A stretch of DNA of 63,984 nucleotides, counting the filler, from Deltaproteobacteria bacterium (lineage in GTDB: Bacteria; JAUYMQ01): NCBI GenBank assembly GCA_030698575.1. It is 10 parts of 10 records of this genome, joined end to end, with 100 filler letters (N's around TTAATTAATTAA, not from the genome) between each part and the next. Parts side by side here need not be neighbours in the genome. Positions count along the whole stretch, not along the records: positions 1 to 10,019 come from JAUYMQ010000016.1; positions 10,120 to 17,622 come from JAUYMQ010000053.1; 8 more parts are not named here. One strand, written 5' to 3'. Made by a program: the position numbers and the translations under genes. Position 1 is the stretch's first letter. The number at the start of each line of letters is the position of its first letter. Below, one piece after another: positions 1 through 11,072 of the stretch. Under the pieces are notes generated by a model. The model had not been told where the DNA came from. It ran no database searches and was given only the letters and a program-made list of their open reading frames with translations.

Positions 1-1130
1 GCGGGGGCGGCGTCGTCGTTGAAGGCGGGGAGATCGTCCGCCGCGGCCCGCGGGGTCGCGGTCTGGATCGCGGCCGGGCGCGGCTCCGGCGCTGCCGAGG
101 GGACCGCAATCAGCTGGGGCTGGCTGGGGCGCCTGGCGGGCCGCTCCTCGCCGGTATCCGACGCGAAGGGTTCGGCGTTGTCCAGCCCGGTGGCGATCAC
201 GGTCACCCGAACCTCGTCTCCCAGGCTCGGATTGATGACAGAGCCGAAGATGATGTTCGCCTCGTCGTGCGCCTCCTCCTGGATGAGCGTCGCCGCCTCG
301 TTGATCTCGTGGAGCGTGAGATCCTCGCCGCCGGTGATGTTGATCAGGATGCCGCGCGCCCCGCTGATTGACAGATCCTCGAGGAGCGGGCTCGAGATGG
401 CCTGGCGCGCCGCCTCGAGGGCGCGCCCCTCGCCCTTCGATACCCCGGAGCCCATGATCGCCATGCCCATCTCGTTCATGATGGTCCGAACGTCGGCGAA
501 ATCGAGGTTGATGAGCCCGTGCACCGTGATGAGGTCGGAAATCCCCTGCACGGCCAGGACCAGCACCTCGTCGACCTTCTTGAAGGCCTCCAGCAGCGGG
601 ACGTTCCGGTCGGCGATCGTGAGCAACCGTTGATTGGGGATTGTGATGAGCGTGTCGAGCACCTTCCTGAGCTCGCCAATCCCCTGCTCCGCCTGGCGCA
701 TCCGCCGCTTTCCCTCGAAGGCGAAGGGCTTGGTGACGACCCCGACCGTCAGGGCCCCGCACTCCTTCGCGACGTCGGCGATGACCGGCGAGGCGCCGGT
801 GCCGGTCCCGCCTCCCAGGCCGGCGGTGATGAAGACCATGTCGGCCCCCGAGAGCAGCTCCCGCAGATGCTCGCGGGTCTCCACGGCGGCGTTCCTCCCG
901 ATCTCGGGGTTGGCGCCCGCGCCGAGCCCCTTCGTGAGGTCCTCTCCCAGCTGGATGCGCAACTTCGCGCGGCTGTTGTTCAGGGCCTGGGCGTCGGTGT
1001 TTGCGGCGATGAAATCAACGCCGCTCAGATTCGAGGCGATCATGGTGTTGATGGCGTTGCCGCCGCCGCCTCCGACGCCGACGACCTTGATCTGCGCTGA
1101 CTTTCCCTGGCTGTCGTCGAACTCGAACAT
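1..1130 (-). CDS. ftsZ: Cell division GTPase FtsZ (3' end truncated by window edge)
   Basis: Not in the ORF track. Manual translation from ATG 1130 gives [31 protein letters not shown], with the tubulin signature GLGGGTGTG further on. Lies directly downstream of ftsA. Confidence 0.97.
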   Translation of the reverse strand, partial: MFEFDDSQGKSAQIKVVGVGGGGGNAINTMIASNLSGVDFIAANTDAQALNNSRAKLRIQLGEDLTKGLGAGANPEIGRNAAVETREHLRELLSGADMVFITAGLGGGTGTGASPVIADVAKECGALTVGVVTKPFAFEGKRRMRQAEQGIGELRKVLDTLITIPNQRLLTIADRNVPLLEAFKKVDEVLVLAVQGISDLITVHGLINLDFADVRTIMNEMGMAIMGSGVSKGEGRALEAARQAISSPLLEDLSISGARGILINITGGEDLTLHEINEAATLIQEEAHDEANIIFGSVINPSLGDEVRVTVIATGLDNAEPFASDTGEERPARRPSQPQLIAVPSAAPEPRPAAIQTATPRAAADDLPAFNDDAAP

Positions 1131-1208
1131 GTCATCCCCCCCCGGGGTGATTCTTTCCGAAGTCACCCGTATTTTGGCGCTTTAAGAGAACCGGACACCG
1201 TGCCCTTC

Positions 1209-2438
1209 TCAGAAAAGTTCATTGAACCATTCCTGCATACGACCCTTCACCTTGTCGAAGACGTTCTTCTGGTCCCGGATCCGGAACCGGCTCGAGCGGC
1301 GCTCCTGCCGGCCGTAGAGCACCAGGCCGACCCCGGTTGCGTACATCGGGTTCCCCACGACGTCCATGAGCCCGCCCACGTTCTCCGGGACGCCGCGCCT
1401 GGCCGGGATCTCGAAGACCTCCTCCGCCAGCTCGGGCACCCCTTCGAGGAGGCTCGTCCCGCCCGTGAGCACGATGCCCGCGGGGAAGGTCTTTTCGAGC
1501 CCCGCGCGCGTGATCTCCGCGCGGACGAGGCTGAAGATTTCCTCCATCCGGGGCTCGATGATGTCCGACAGGATCTTTCGTGACAGCTCGCGTGGTTGCC
1601 GTCCTCCCACGCTGGGCACCTGGATCTTCTCCTCCATGGCGCAGATGCCGGCGTAGGCGCAGCCGTACTTTTTCTTGATCCGCTCGGCGTCCGAGTTGGG
1701 GGTCCGAAGGCCCACGGCAATGTCGCTGTTGATGTGATCGCCGCCGAGGGCGAGCACGTAAGAATGCTTCATGCTGCCCCCGTGGAAGATCGCCAGATCG
1801 GTCGTCCCACCCCCGATGTCAAGCAGCGCGACGCCCAGCTCCTTCTCGTCCTCCGAGAGCACCGCCATGCTGCTGGCGAGCGGTTCCAGCACGATGTCCC
1901 CGACGTTCAGACCGGCCCGGTTGGCGCATTTGATGATGTTCTGGGCGCTGGTGACCGCACCGGTGACGATGTGGACCTTCGCCTCGAGGCGCACCCCGCT
2001 CATGCCGATCGGCTCGCGGATGCCGTCCTGGTCGTCGATGATGAACTCCTGGGGGAGGCTGTGGAGAACCTCGCGATCCATCGGGATCGCGACGGCCTGG
2101 GCCGCGTCGATCACCCGGCGGAGGTCGTGCTCCGTGATCTCGCGGTCCTTCACAGCGACCATCCCGTGGGAGTTGAAGCTCTTGATGTGCCCCCCCGCGA
2201 TCCCGGCATAAACCGTCGAGATCTCGCAGTTGGCCATCAGCTCGGCTTCTTCCACGGCCTTCCTGATGGAGTCGACCGTGCTGTCGATGTTGACGACCAC
2301 TCCCTTGCGGAGGCCCTTTGACGGGTGCGAACCGATCCCGATAATCGACAGGCCGTCCTCGAACGCTTCCCCCACGATAGCGCAGACCTTCGTCGTTCCG
2401 ATGTCGAGCCCGACGATCAGGTTGTCACTCTTCCCCAT
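1209..2438 (-). CDS. ftsA: Cell division protein FtsA
   Basis: VGLDIGTTKV, LDIGGGTTD and VLTGG actin-fold motifs; dcw position. Confidence 0.97.
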   Translation of the reverse strand: MGKSDNLIVGLDIGTTKVCAIVGEAFEDGLSIIGIGSHPSKGLRKGVVVNIDSTVDSIRKAVEEAELMANCEISTVYAGIAGGHIKSFNSHGMVAVKDREITEHDLRRVIDAAQAVAIPMDREVLHSLPQEFIIDDQDGIREPIGMSGVRLEAKVHIVTGAVTSAQNIIKCANRAGLNVGDIVLEPLASSMAVLSEDEKELGVALLDIGGGTTDLAIFHGGSMKHSYVLALGGDHINSDIAVGLRTPNSDAERIKKKYGCAYAGICAMEEKIQVPSVGGRQPRELSRKILSDIIEPRMEEIFSLVRAEITRAGLEKTFPAGIVLTGGTSLLEGVPELAEEVFEIPARRGVPENVGGLMDVVGNPMYATGVGLVLYGRQERRSSRFRIRDQKNVFDKVKGRMQEWFNELF

Positions 2439-2477
2439 CTTTCCCCCCTCGTATCATCAACCGTTCTGTTCGATCGA

Positions 2478-3326
2478 TCAGAGGCCGACGGTGTCCATGC
2501 TCTCGACCGGCGCCGCTGACCGGACCACTGCCAGGTTTCTGAAGCTCAAGTCGATATGCCTTGCATGCATCTGCTGCTCTTCCAGACGATCAAGCAGCTT
2601 CGTCAAGGTTTCCATCTTCAGCGGGAAATTGTCCAGCCCGAACTGTATCTCCGTGCCGTCCGTCCGGGTAATCACGCTGAAGCCGCGCCCGCGCTCGATG
2701 TGAATCTCCGAGAGCTGCTCCTGGCCGAAGCGCGACTCGGCCTCCCACAGTTCCACCAGCTCGAGGGCCCGCGCCAGCAGTTCGCGCCCCTCCGGGCTGA
2801 TAGCCTCGTCGCTCTTCAGGCCCGTCAGCACGGGGAAGTTCATCTTTTCGCCGCGCGCAACGCGTTTGAAGACAACGCCCTCCCGATCGACGTAGCGGAG
2901 GTCGCCCATGTGAACGATCGCCCTCGGCGAACGCTCCTTCACATCGACAATCAGCCGGTCGGGGAACTTTCGCCTGGCCAGCACCTCGTCCACCCATGGA
3001 TTGCGCGCCAGGGCGGCCTCGATGCGCTGGATGGGGATGTCGAATATGGTGGGCCGCTTGGCAAGACCCGCCATCCGCATCACCTGGGTTCCAGTTATGC
3101 GCTCGGTTCCCCGCACCTCCACCGCCTGGAGGCGGAAGTAGGAAGAGTGGACGATGGAGTAGACGGCGACCGCCGAAACCAGCACGGTACCCACCCCCAG
3201 AACGGCCACGCCGGCGCTGTAGAACGCGCGGCCCACTCCCACCCGCAGCTTCGTGACGCGGCGCCGCAGTCGCATGGCGAGCCCGACACGGTTCTGGCTC
3301 TTTCTGGCGAAGCCGGCCGCTTTCAT
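2478..3326 (-). CDS. ftsQ: Cell division protein FtsQ/DivIB
   Basis: Basic N-terminus, one TM helix, POTRA-like segment (PWV..V..RRKFPD.L.V.V.ER), C-terminal IDLSF; upstream of ftsA. Confidence 0.9.
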   Translation of the reverse strand: MKAAGFARKSQNRVGLAMRLRRRVTKLRVGVGRAFYSAGVAVLGVGTVLVSAVAVYSIVHSSYFRLQAVEVRGTERITGTQVMRMAGLAKRPTIFDIPIQRIEAALARNPWVDEVLARRKFPDRLIVDVKERSPRAIVHMGDLRYVDREGVVFKRVARGEKMNFPVLTGLKSDEAISPEGRELLARALELVELWEAESRFGQEQLSEIHIERGRGFSVITRTDGTEIQFGLDNFPLKMETLTKLLDRLEEQQMHARHIDLSFRNLAVVRSAAPVESMDTVGL

Positions 3327-4263
3327 GCCGCTCCCTCCCGCGGCGCATCGACACCGAGCACGCGGACCTCGGTTTCGAGGTCGACTCCGGCCGACGCCTG
3401 CACGCCTGCCCGGGCCCAGTCGATGAGCTGGAGAATGTCCTCGGCCCGGGCCCCGTCCAGGTTCACGATGAAGTTGGCGTGAAGCTCGCTTATCGCCGCC
3501 CCCCCGGCCCGGATTCCCTTCAGCCCCGACTGCTCGATGAGGCGTGCGGCGTAGTCGCCGGGGGGATTCTTGAAAATCGAGCCCGCGTTCGGGATCGAGA
3601 GCGGCTGCGAGCTTTTCCGCCGGGAAAGCAGGGCCGTCATGCGTTCCTTGATCTCCGCCGGGTCGTCACGCGACACCGCGATATCCATCGTGCAGATCAT
3701 GGCTCCGGCGGGAAGGTCGAGGCCCCGGTAGCGAAACACCAGCGCGTCCCGCGCCACCGTCTTCAGCTTTCCGTCGGGAGTCATGAAGGTGAGCGCCAGC
3801 GCGACGTCCTTCATCTCGCGGTCCCTCACCCCCGCATTCATGGCGGCCGCGCCCCCCATCGTGCCGGGCGTGCCGGCGAGAAACTCCAGGCCTGCCCAGC
3901 CGCCGCGCTGCGCGTAAGAGAGGAAACTGTTGATCTTGACCCCTGCCTCCGCCCAGAGGACGGCGTCACGCTCCCCTTCCCGCCGGATCCCCTGGCTGCG
4001 GAACCCTTTCGCGAAGGAGATGGCCAGGCCGGGGATGCCGCCGTCCCGCACGAGCAGGTTCGTACCGGCTCCGAGCAGCGTCACCGGAAGGTCGTGGGCC
4101 CGCGCCAGGTCCACCGCGGCGCGCAGATCCTCAATCCCGCGCACGTAGATCAGGCAGTCCGCCGGTCCGCCCACGCGAAAGCTCGTGATCCGGGCCATCG
4201 GGTGGTCGAAGAGCGCCTCCCCGGGGAAGCGGTCTGAAATGATGCGCTTGACAGCCTCGTCCA

Positions 4264-4264
<1 letters not shown>
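3323..4264 (-). CDS. murB: UDP-N-acetylenolpyruvoylglucosamine reductase
   Basis: FRVGGPAD, GAGTNLLVRDGG, PGTMGGAAAMNAG, NAGSIFKNP, HANFIVN. Confidence 0.96.
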
Positions 4265-5643
<1,379 letters not shown>

Positions 5644-5672
5644 GTTGTCCCTTCAGGCGTCCCGCGTGGCTT

Positions 5673-6749
5673 CTATTGCGCCGCGGCGAGCCGCTCAAGG
5701 CGGTCGAGAATGACCACCGCAGCGTCGGGCCTTGCCAGCGCCCGGGCTCGCCGCCCCATCTCGCGCGCCCTGTCGCGCGGGCGAGCAAGCTCGCGAAGCG
5801 TTCTCGCCAGCGCCCCGGGCGTCAAACCCTCCTGGGGAATGACGCACGCGGCGCCCGCCCGCTCGAGCAGTCGGGCATTGGCGGTCTGATGATCGTCCGC
5901 CGCGAAAGGGTAGGGAACCAGGATGGCTCCCCGCCCGGCGCCGCAAAGCTCGGCGATCGTGGCGGCCCCTGCCCGGCAGAGGACCAGGTCGGCGTTCCGG
6001 TAGCGCGCCGGCATGTCGTCGTAGAACGCCGCCGTCTCGGCCCGGAGCCCGCGGGTCGCGTAGGCAGCCCGCACCTTTTCAGCGTCCGCTGGCCCTGTCT
6101 GGTGCACGAAGCGCCATTCGCGCCCCTCGTCTCCCAGCTCGTCCAGGGCCGCCATCATCGTCTCGTTGATGCGCCGGGCGCCCTGGCTCCCCCCGAAGAC
6201 CAGGAGCGAAAAGGGCCCATCCGCGGTCGGATCGGGCACGGCGGTCACCTCGTCCCGGACCGGGTTCCCGGTGACGATGGCCTTGCCCACCGGAAACCGG
6301 GCCGCCGTCTCTTCCCAGGCAACGTAAATCTCCCGGACGATCCGACCGAGGATCCGGTTGGTGATCCCCGGGATGGCGTTAGGCTCGAGCACTGCCCGCG
6401 GTGCGCCCAGCAGCGCTGCCGCAACCATCACCGGCCCTGAAGCGTAGCCGCCCACGCCGAGCACGGCGTCGGGGCGCCATTCACGGAGAATCCGGCTCGA
6501 CGCGACGATCGCTCCCGGAAGGCCGAGCAGCGTCGACGCCGCCCGCCACGGGCCCATTCCCTTCAGCGCGCCCGCCCGGATCAGGCGCAACGGAAAACCC
6601 GCCTGCGGCACAAGGCGCTTCTCGAGGCCGCGGGCCGTCCCGACAAACAGCGCCGCGTTTTCTGACCCGCGCGCCGCGAGCGCCCGGGCGATCGCGATCC
6701 CCGGGTAGAGATGGCCTCCTGTCCCCCCGCCCGCGATGAGCAGGCGCAC
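5673..6749 (-). CDS. murG: Lipid II GlcNAc transferase MurG
   Basis: GGGTGGH, GNPVR, GGSQGA, DHQTANA motifs. Confidence 0.97.
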   Translation of the reverse strand: MRLLIAGGGTGGHLYPGIAIARALAARGSENAALFVGTARGLEKRLVPQAGFPLRLIRAGALKGMGPWRAASTLLGLPGAIVASSRILREWRPDAVLGVGGYASGPVMVAAALLGAPRAVLEPNAIPGITNRILGRIVREIYVAWEETAARFPVGKAIVTGNPVRDEVTAVPDPTADGPFSLLVFGGSQGARRINETMMAALDELGDEGREWRFVHQTGPADAEKVRAAYATRGLRAETAAFYDDMPARYRNADLVLCRAGAATIAELCGAGRGAILVPYPFAADDHQTANARLLERAGAACVIPQEGLTPGALARTLRELARPRDRAREMGRRARALARPDAAVVILDRLERLAAAQ

Positions 6750-7862
6750 CTATCGCCTCTCGGCCGGCGATCGCATCCCGATGGCCAGCAGCATCCCGAC
6801 GGCGGCGAGGCTCATCAGCATCGACGAGCCTCCGTAGCTCACGAGCGGCAATGTGAGCCCCTTCGTCGGTAGCAGTCCCATCACGACGCCCATGTTCATG
6901 ATCGCCTGGAGCCCCAGCAGCGAGGTGAGTCCCACGGCGAGGTAGGCCCCGAAGGGATCGGGCGCGCGCATCGCAATGCGGATTCCCCCCCAGAGGATCG
7001 TGCCGTAGAGCCCGATGATCACGAGGACCCCGATGAGCCCCAGTTCCTCGCCCACCACGCTGAAGATGAAATCCGTGTGGGCCTCGGGGAGGTAGAGGAG
7101 CTTCTGCCGGCCGTCACCCAGCCCGACGCCGTGCCATCCGCCCGCCCCGAAGGCGAGGAAGGACTGCACGATCTGATAGCCCGCGTCCGATCGCGAGGCC
7201 CAGGGATCGATGAACGACAGAATGCGCGTGCGGCGGTAGCTCGAGCTCGCCACCAGCGCCACGAGCACGGGTACCGCCGCAAGCAGTCCGTAGGCCAGGT
7301 AGGTGATCTTCGTTCCCGCCACGAAAAGCAGGATCAGGACAAGGGCCGCCACCATGGCGGCGCCGCCGAAATCCGGTTGCGACAGCAGGAGGAGCGCGAT
7401 CATGCCGCCCACTAGCACCACGGGCAGGAAGCCGGTAATCGATTCGCGCACCCGGTCGCCGCGGCGCGCCAGGAGGCTCGCGCCATAAAGGATGATCGCG
7501 ATCTTGGCCACCTCCGCGGGCTGGAAGTTGAAGCCGGGCGCGTGAAGCCACCGCTTGGCGCCGCCCACTTTCACGCCGATGCCTGGCGTCAGCACGGCGA
7601 GAAGCAGCAGAAACGAGACCACGAGCAGCGGCACCGCGAGCTTGTCCAGGCGACGGTAGTCGATGCGCGAGACGCCCCACATGAGGGCGAGCCCCGCGAG
7701 GATCGCCACGAACTGCCGCTTCAGGAAGTAGTACTGGCTGTCGAAGCGCTGCTCGGCCATGAATGAGCTCGAGCTGTACACCATGACCACTCCGACGAAG
7801 AGAAGGCAGAGCGTCGCAACGAGCAACGGAACGTCCGGGCGCCTTTCCCCCAGGAGCAGCAT
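6750..7862 (-). CDS. ftsW: SEDS peptidoglycan polymerase FtsW
   Basis: Multi-TM; MVYSSS, QPAEVAK, LPEAHTDFIF, LPLVSYGGSS. Confidence 0.96.
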   Translation of the reverse strand: MLLLGERRPDVPLLVATLCLLFVGVVMVYSSSSFMAEQRFDSQYYFLKRQFVAILAGLALMWGVSRIDYRRLDKLAVPLLVVSFLLLLAVLTPGIGVKVGGAKRWLHAPGFNFQPAEVAKIAIILYGASLLARRGDRVRESITGFLPVVLVGGMIALLLLSQPDFGGAAMVAALVLILLFVAGTKITYLAYGLLAAVPVLVALVASSSYRRTRILSFIDPWASRSDAGYQIVQSFLAFGAGGWHGVGLGDGRQKLLYLPEAHTDFIFSVVGEELGLIGVLVIIGLYGTILWGGIRIAMRAPDPFGAYLAVGLTSLLGLQAIMNMGVVMGLLPTKGLTLPLVSYGGSSMLMSLAAVGMLLAIGMRSPAERR

Positions 7863-9316
7863 CAGAGCGACCTCACCACGGCTGCGAAGCGCTCTCCGCG
7901 CGCAGCGTAGCCCGAAAACATGTCGAAACTCGCGCAGGCGGGGGCCAGGAGGACGATGTCACCCGGCTCAGCGGTCTCGTGCGCCTTGGCTACCGCGTCG
8001 GCCATTCCCTGGGCCATGATGCATGGCACCACGCCCCCGAGCGCCTGCTTGATCCGCGGCGCCGCTTCTCCGATCAGAACGACGGCCCTCGCATGGCGGC
8101 TCACCGCCTCGCGCAGCGGCTCGAATCGGCAGGCCTTGTCCTTTCCCCCCGCGATCAAAATGACCGGGGAGGAGAATCCGGTGATTGCGCGCACCGCCGC
8201 GCCGGGGTTCGTCGCCTTGGAATCGTCGTAGTAAGCAACACCGTCGACCACACGCACCCGCTCGAGCCGGTGCGGCAGCCCGGGGAACTCGCCGAGAATC
8301 CGGCGAACGAGATCGGGCGAGGCGCCCGCGACGCGGGCGGCCAGCACGGCAGCCATCGCGTTCTCGATGTTTTGCGCGCCCTGGATGCGGATCTCGTTCA
8401 CCGGGTAGCGCTCCTCTGCACCGCTGAGCCGCAGGAGGAGCGAGTCTCCCTGCAGCGATATTCCTTCATCGCCAGCCTCCGGGCCTGCGCCGGAAAGGCT
8501 GCCAGAAAGGCTGCCAGAAAGGCTGAATGGCAGTCGTCGCGCCGGCGCCGTACGGGCCAGGGCGGCCACGCCGGCGTCGTCGGCGTTGTAGATGAGCACA
8601 TCGTCGTCCGCCTGCCGGGCGAAGATCCGGGCCTTGGCCGCCACGTAGGCCTCGAAGCTCCCGTGCCGGTCGAGGTGGTCCTCGCTCAGGTTCAGCAACA
8701 GCGCGATCCCCGGCCTGAAGCTCTCCACATGCTCGAGCTGGAAGCTCGAAATCTCGGCGACGGCCAGCTCCGCCGGCTCACTGCCGTCAGCGCAGTCGAT
8801 GAGTGGGGTCCCCAGGTTGCCACCCACGAAAACGGGGCCCCCGCCGGCCCGCATCATCTCGCCGATGAGCGTCGTGGTTGTGGACTTGCCGTTCGATCCC
8901 GTGACGGCGATGAGGGGGACGTCCAGAAACCTGCTGGCCAGCTCGATCTCGCTCCACACGGGCACCCCCTCCCGCGCCGCCGCGATGAGAAGCGGCGCCG
9001 TGGCGGGAACGCCGGGGCTCGGAAGGACGAGATCGAACCCCTCGAGGCCGGGCCAGACGGCCCCGCCCACGCGGCTCTCCGCGATCAACCCCTCTACCCG
9101 GGCGAGAGACGGCGCCAGCGCCCCTTCGGGGGCGTCGTCCTGCAGACAAACCTGCGCTCCCCGCGTGGCGAGAAACCGGGCGGCCGACACCCCCGTCTCG
9201 CCAAGGCCAAGAACGAGCACGCGCCGGCCCCGCAGATCGGGCCGTTCGGCGGCCCTGATCCCGAGACGGACGGTGGCGGGGTCCAGCGGCTCTTCGATGA
9301 TCAGCTGTGCATTCAT
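7862..9316 (-). CDS. murD: UDP-MurNAc-L-Ala--D-Glu ligase
   Basis: VLGLGETG, VTGSNGKSTTT, EISSFQL, DDSKATN, APACASFDMF. Confidence 0.97.
   Translation of the reverse strand: MNAQLIIEEPLDPATVRLGIRAAERPDLRGRRVLVLGLGETGVSAARFLATRGAQVCLQDDAPEGALAPSLARVEGLIAESRVGGAVWPGLEGFDLVLPSPGVPATAPLLIAAAREGVPVWSEIELASRFLDVPLIAVTGSNGKSTTTTLIGEMMRAGGGPVFVGGNLGTPLIDCADGSEPAELAVAEISSFQLEHVESFRPGIALLLNLSEDHLDRHGSFEAYVAAKARIFARQADDDVLIYNADDAGVAALARTAPARRLPFSLSGSLSGSLSGAGPEAGDEGISLQGDSLLLRLSGAEERYPVNEIRIQGAQNIENAMAAVLAARVAGASPDLVRRILGEFPGLPHRLERVRVVDGVAYYDDSKATNPGAAVRAITGFSSPVILIAGGKDKACRFEPLREAVSRHARAVVLIGEAAPRIKQALGGVVPCIMAQGMADAVAKAHETAEPGDIVLLAPACASFDMFSGYAARGERFAAVVRSL
8489..8524. repeat. In-frame 12-bp tandem repeat x3 inside murD
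   Basis: GCCGGAAAGGCT-GCCAGAAAGGCT-GCCAGAAAGGCT; encodes SLSG x3. Confidence 0.85.
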
Positions 9317-9319
9317 CCG

Positions 9320-10019
9320 CTATCGCAGTTTCAGCGACGAGAGCGCCGCCATCGCGAGAATGATGGAAATGATCCAAAAACGCACGATGATTTTGGGTTC
9401 AGCCCAGCCGCGGAGCTCGTAGTGATGGTGGATGGGCGCCATGGCGAAGATGCGCTTGCCCGTCCACTTGAAACTCGCGACCTGCAAGATGACGCTCAAA
9501 GCCTCGAGCACGAAAATCCCGCCGGCGATCGCCAGCAACAGCTCCTGCTTCGTCACCACCGCGACTGTTCCGAGCGCGCCGCCGAGCGCGAGGCTTCCCA
9601 CGTCCCCCATGAACACCTGGGCCGGGAAGGTGTTGAACCAGAGAAACCCGAGACCCGCGCCGAACACGGCCGCGCAGACGATCGACAGCGTGCCGCTTCC
9701 GGGGACATAGGGAATCTGAAGGTAGTTCGAGATCTGCTGGTTGCCCGCGAAGTAAGTCATCATGCCGAACGTGATGATGCAGGTGATAACCGGGCCGATG
9801 GCCAACCCGTCGAGTCCGTCCGTCAGGTTCACCGCGTTCGAGGTGCCGACGATCACGAGCATGACGAAGGGAATGTAGAACCAGCCGAGATCGGGCTGGA
9901 AATTCTTGAAGAAGGGCACCGTCAGGGTGGTGCCGAACTGGCTGTCCGGAAGCGCGTAGAGGAAGCCCGCCACGATGCCGGCCATGAGGAACTGCCAGAA
10001 GAGCTTCTGCTTCGCGGAA
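9320..10019 (-). CDS. mraY: Phospho-MurNAc-pentapeptide transferase (5' truncated at contig end)
   Basis: [29 protein letters not shown]. Confidence 0.97.
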
Positions 10020-10119
10020 NNNNNNNNNNNNNNNNNNNNNNNNNNNNNNNNNNNNNNNNNNNNTTAATTAATTAANNNNNNNNNNNNNNNNNNNNNNNNN
10101 NNNNNNNNNNNNNNNNNNN
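10020..10119. other. Artificial contig linker (first of nine; others at 17623-17722, 20310-20409, 27856-27955, 31890-31989, 34548-34647, 52301-52400, 56305-56404, 61356-61455)
   Basis: N44-TTAATTAATTAA-N44, which places stops in all six frames; genes are cut at the junctions. Confidence 0.99.
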
Positions 10120-10179
10120 GAGCGCCCGGAAGAGCGTGGTCTTGCCGGAGAACGGAAGTCCGATGATGCCGACCTTCAT
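10120..10179 (-). CDS. ychF: N-terminal 20 aa of a YchF/Obg-like P-loop NTPase (truncated)
   Basis: Manual translation MKVGIIGLPFSGKTTLFRAL resembles the YchF-type N-terminal P-loop. Confidence 0.6.
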
Positions 10180-10283
10180 GGGTATCGATCCTGTCTGCAG
10201 GGGAACCTGCCCGCCCCGCGGGCGCCGGGACGCTAACGTGATTTCTCCTCACTGTCAACGCATGGCGGCGCAGGCTGCGCGCA

Positions 10284-10375
10284 TGTCATTGCGAGGCGCC
10301 CCGAAGGGGAGCCGAAGCAATCCCCGCAGCAAGCGCGAGGGGGATTGCTTCGTCGCTGCGCTCCTCGCAATGTCA
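10284..10375. repeat. REP-like nested palindrome (GTCATTGCGAG...CTCGCAATGAC type)
   Basis: Outer arms TGTCATTGCGAGG/CCTCGCAATGTCA (1 mismatch); inner arms CGAAGCAATCCCC/GGGGATTGCTTCG (perfect); intergenic. Confidence 0.85.
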
Positions 10376-10475
10376 GCGCCCTGTCATGCGAGGGTCAGCT
10401 CCTGTTGGCGGTCGAGTGCGTCTGGGCCTAGTATCTGCCTCCCGAACGAATACCCCGCAGGGAGATCCGTCAAGG

Positions 10476-11072
10476 TTGAACCAGCGAAAAGACGACAACG
10501 CGTTCGCGAGATGGATAGCCGGCCTGGGCGCCGCGATTCTCGTCGGCGGGCTCGCCGGGTATTTTATGAGCAGCGGAGAGCCCGAGCCGACGACGGTCGT
10601 GTCGCCTTCCGTCGTGGCGCCCACAGCGGATGCGCCACCGTCGCCGCAGGACGTGCCCGAGATTGTTACGGGAGAAGCTGGGGCGCCACCGACCATTCCA
10701 CCGCGCCTGGCTATCGTGCCGGCGAAGCCGCCCCCACTCCGGGCCGACCTCCCCTTCGCGCGCGCGGCGCCCGGCGACGAACCGGTACCTTCGGGCGACA
10801 TCAAGTCGCGCCAGCGGGAGATGCAGCGGCGACTCGACGATTGGGGCGCGCTGATGGAGGGCACCCGCGCCGACATCCGGCTTCAGTTGCTCGAGGGGAA
10901 AAAGCAGGAGCGCGATCGCATCGCCAAGCAGATCGATGAGATCGATCAGGCGCTGACCATATCGCCGGGCGACGACGAGGCGCTCGAAGCGCGGCGGCGG
11001 CTCAAGGACGAGCTGTACTACACCGAGGACGCCATCCAGCGCCTCGAAGAAATCCAGGAGAGGGAACCTTGA
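10476..11072 (+). CDS. Hypothetical membrane-anchored protein with Pro-rich linker and C-terminal coiled coil
   Basis: TTG start after GGAG; TM WIAGLGAAILVGGLAGYF; overlaps the next gene by TTGA. Confidence 0.7.
   Translation: MNQRKDDNAFARWIAGLGAAILVGGLAGYFMSSGEPEPTTVVSPSVVAPTADAPPSPQDVPEIVTGEAGAPPTIPPRLAIVPAKPPPLRADLPFARAAPGDEPVPSGDIKSRQREMQRRLDDWGALMEGTRADIRLQLLEGKKQERDRIAKQIDEIDQALTISPGDDEALEARRRLKDELYYTEDAIQRLEEIQEREP

Noticed and set aside
7979-10075. Long antisense or alternative-frame ORFs (e.g. 7979-10075, 24477-26186, 37467-38882, 48744-50225)
   Set aside because: Shadow ORFs of well-supported genes in high-GC DNA, with no recognisable motifs.
10020-10119. Recurring TTAATTAATTAA within N-runs, and ORFs ending in ...XXXLIN
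   Set aside because: Artificial linker; ORFs crossing it and gene adjacency across it are not biological.
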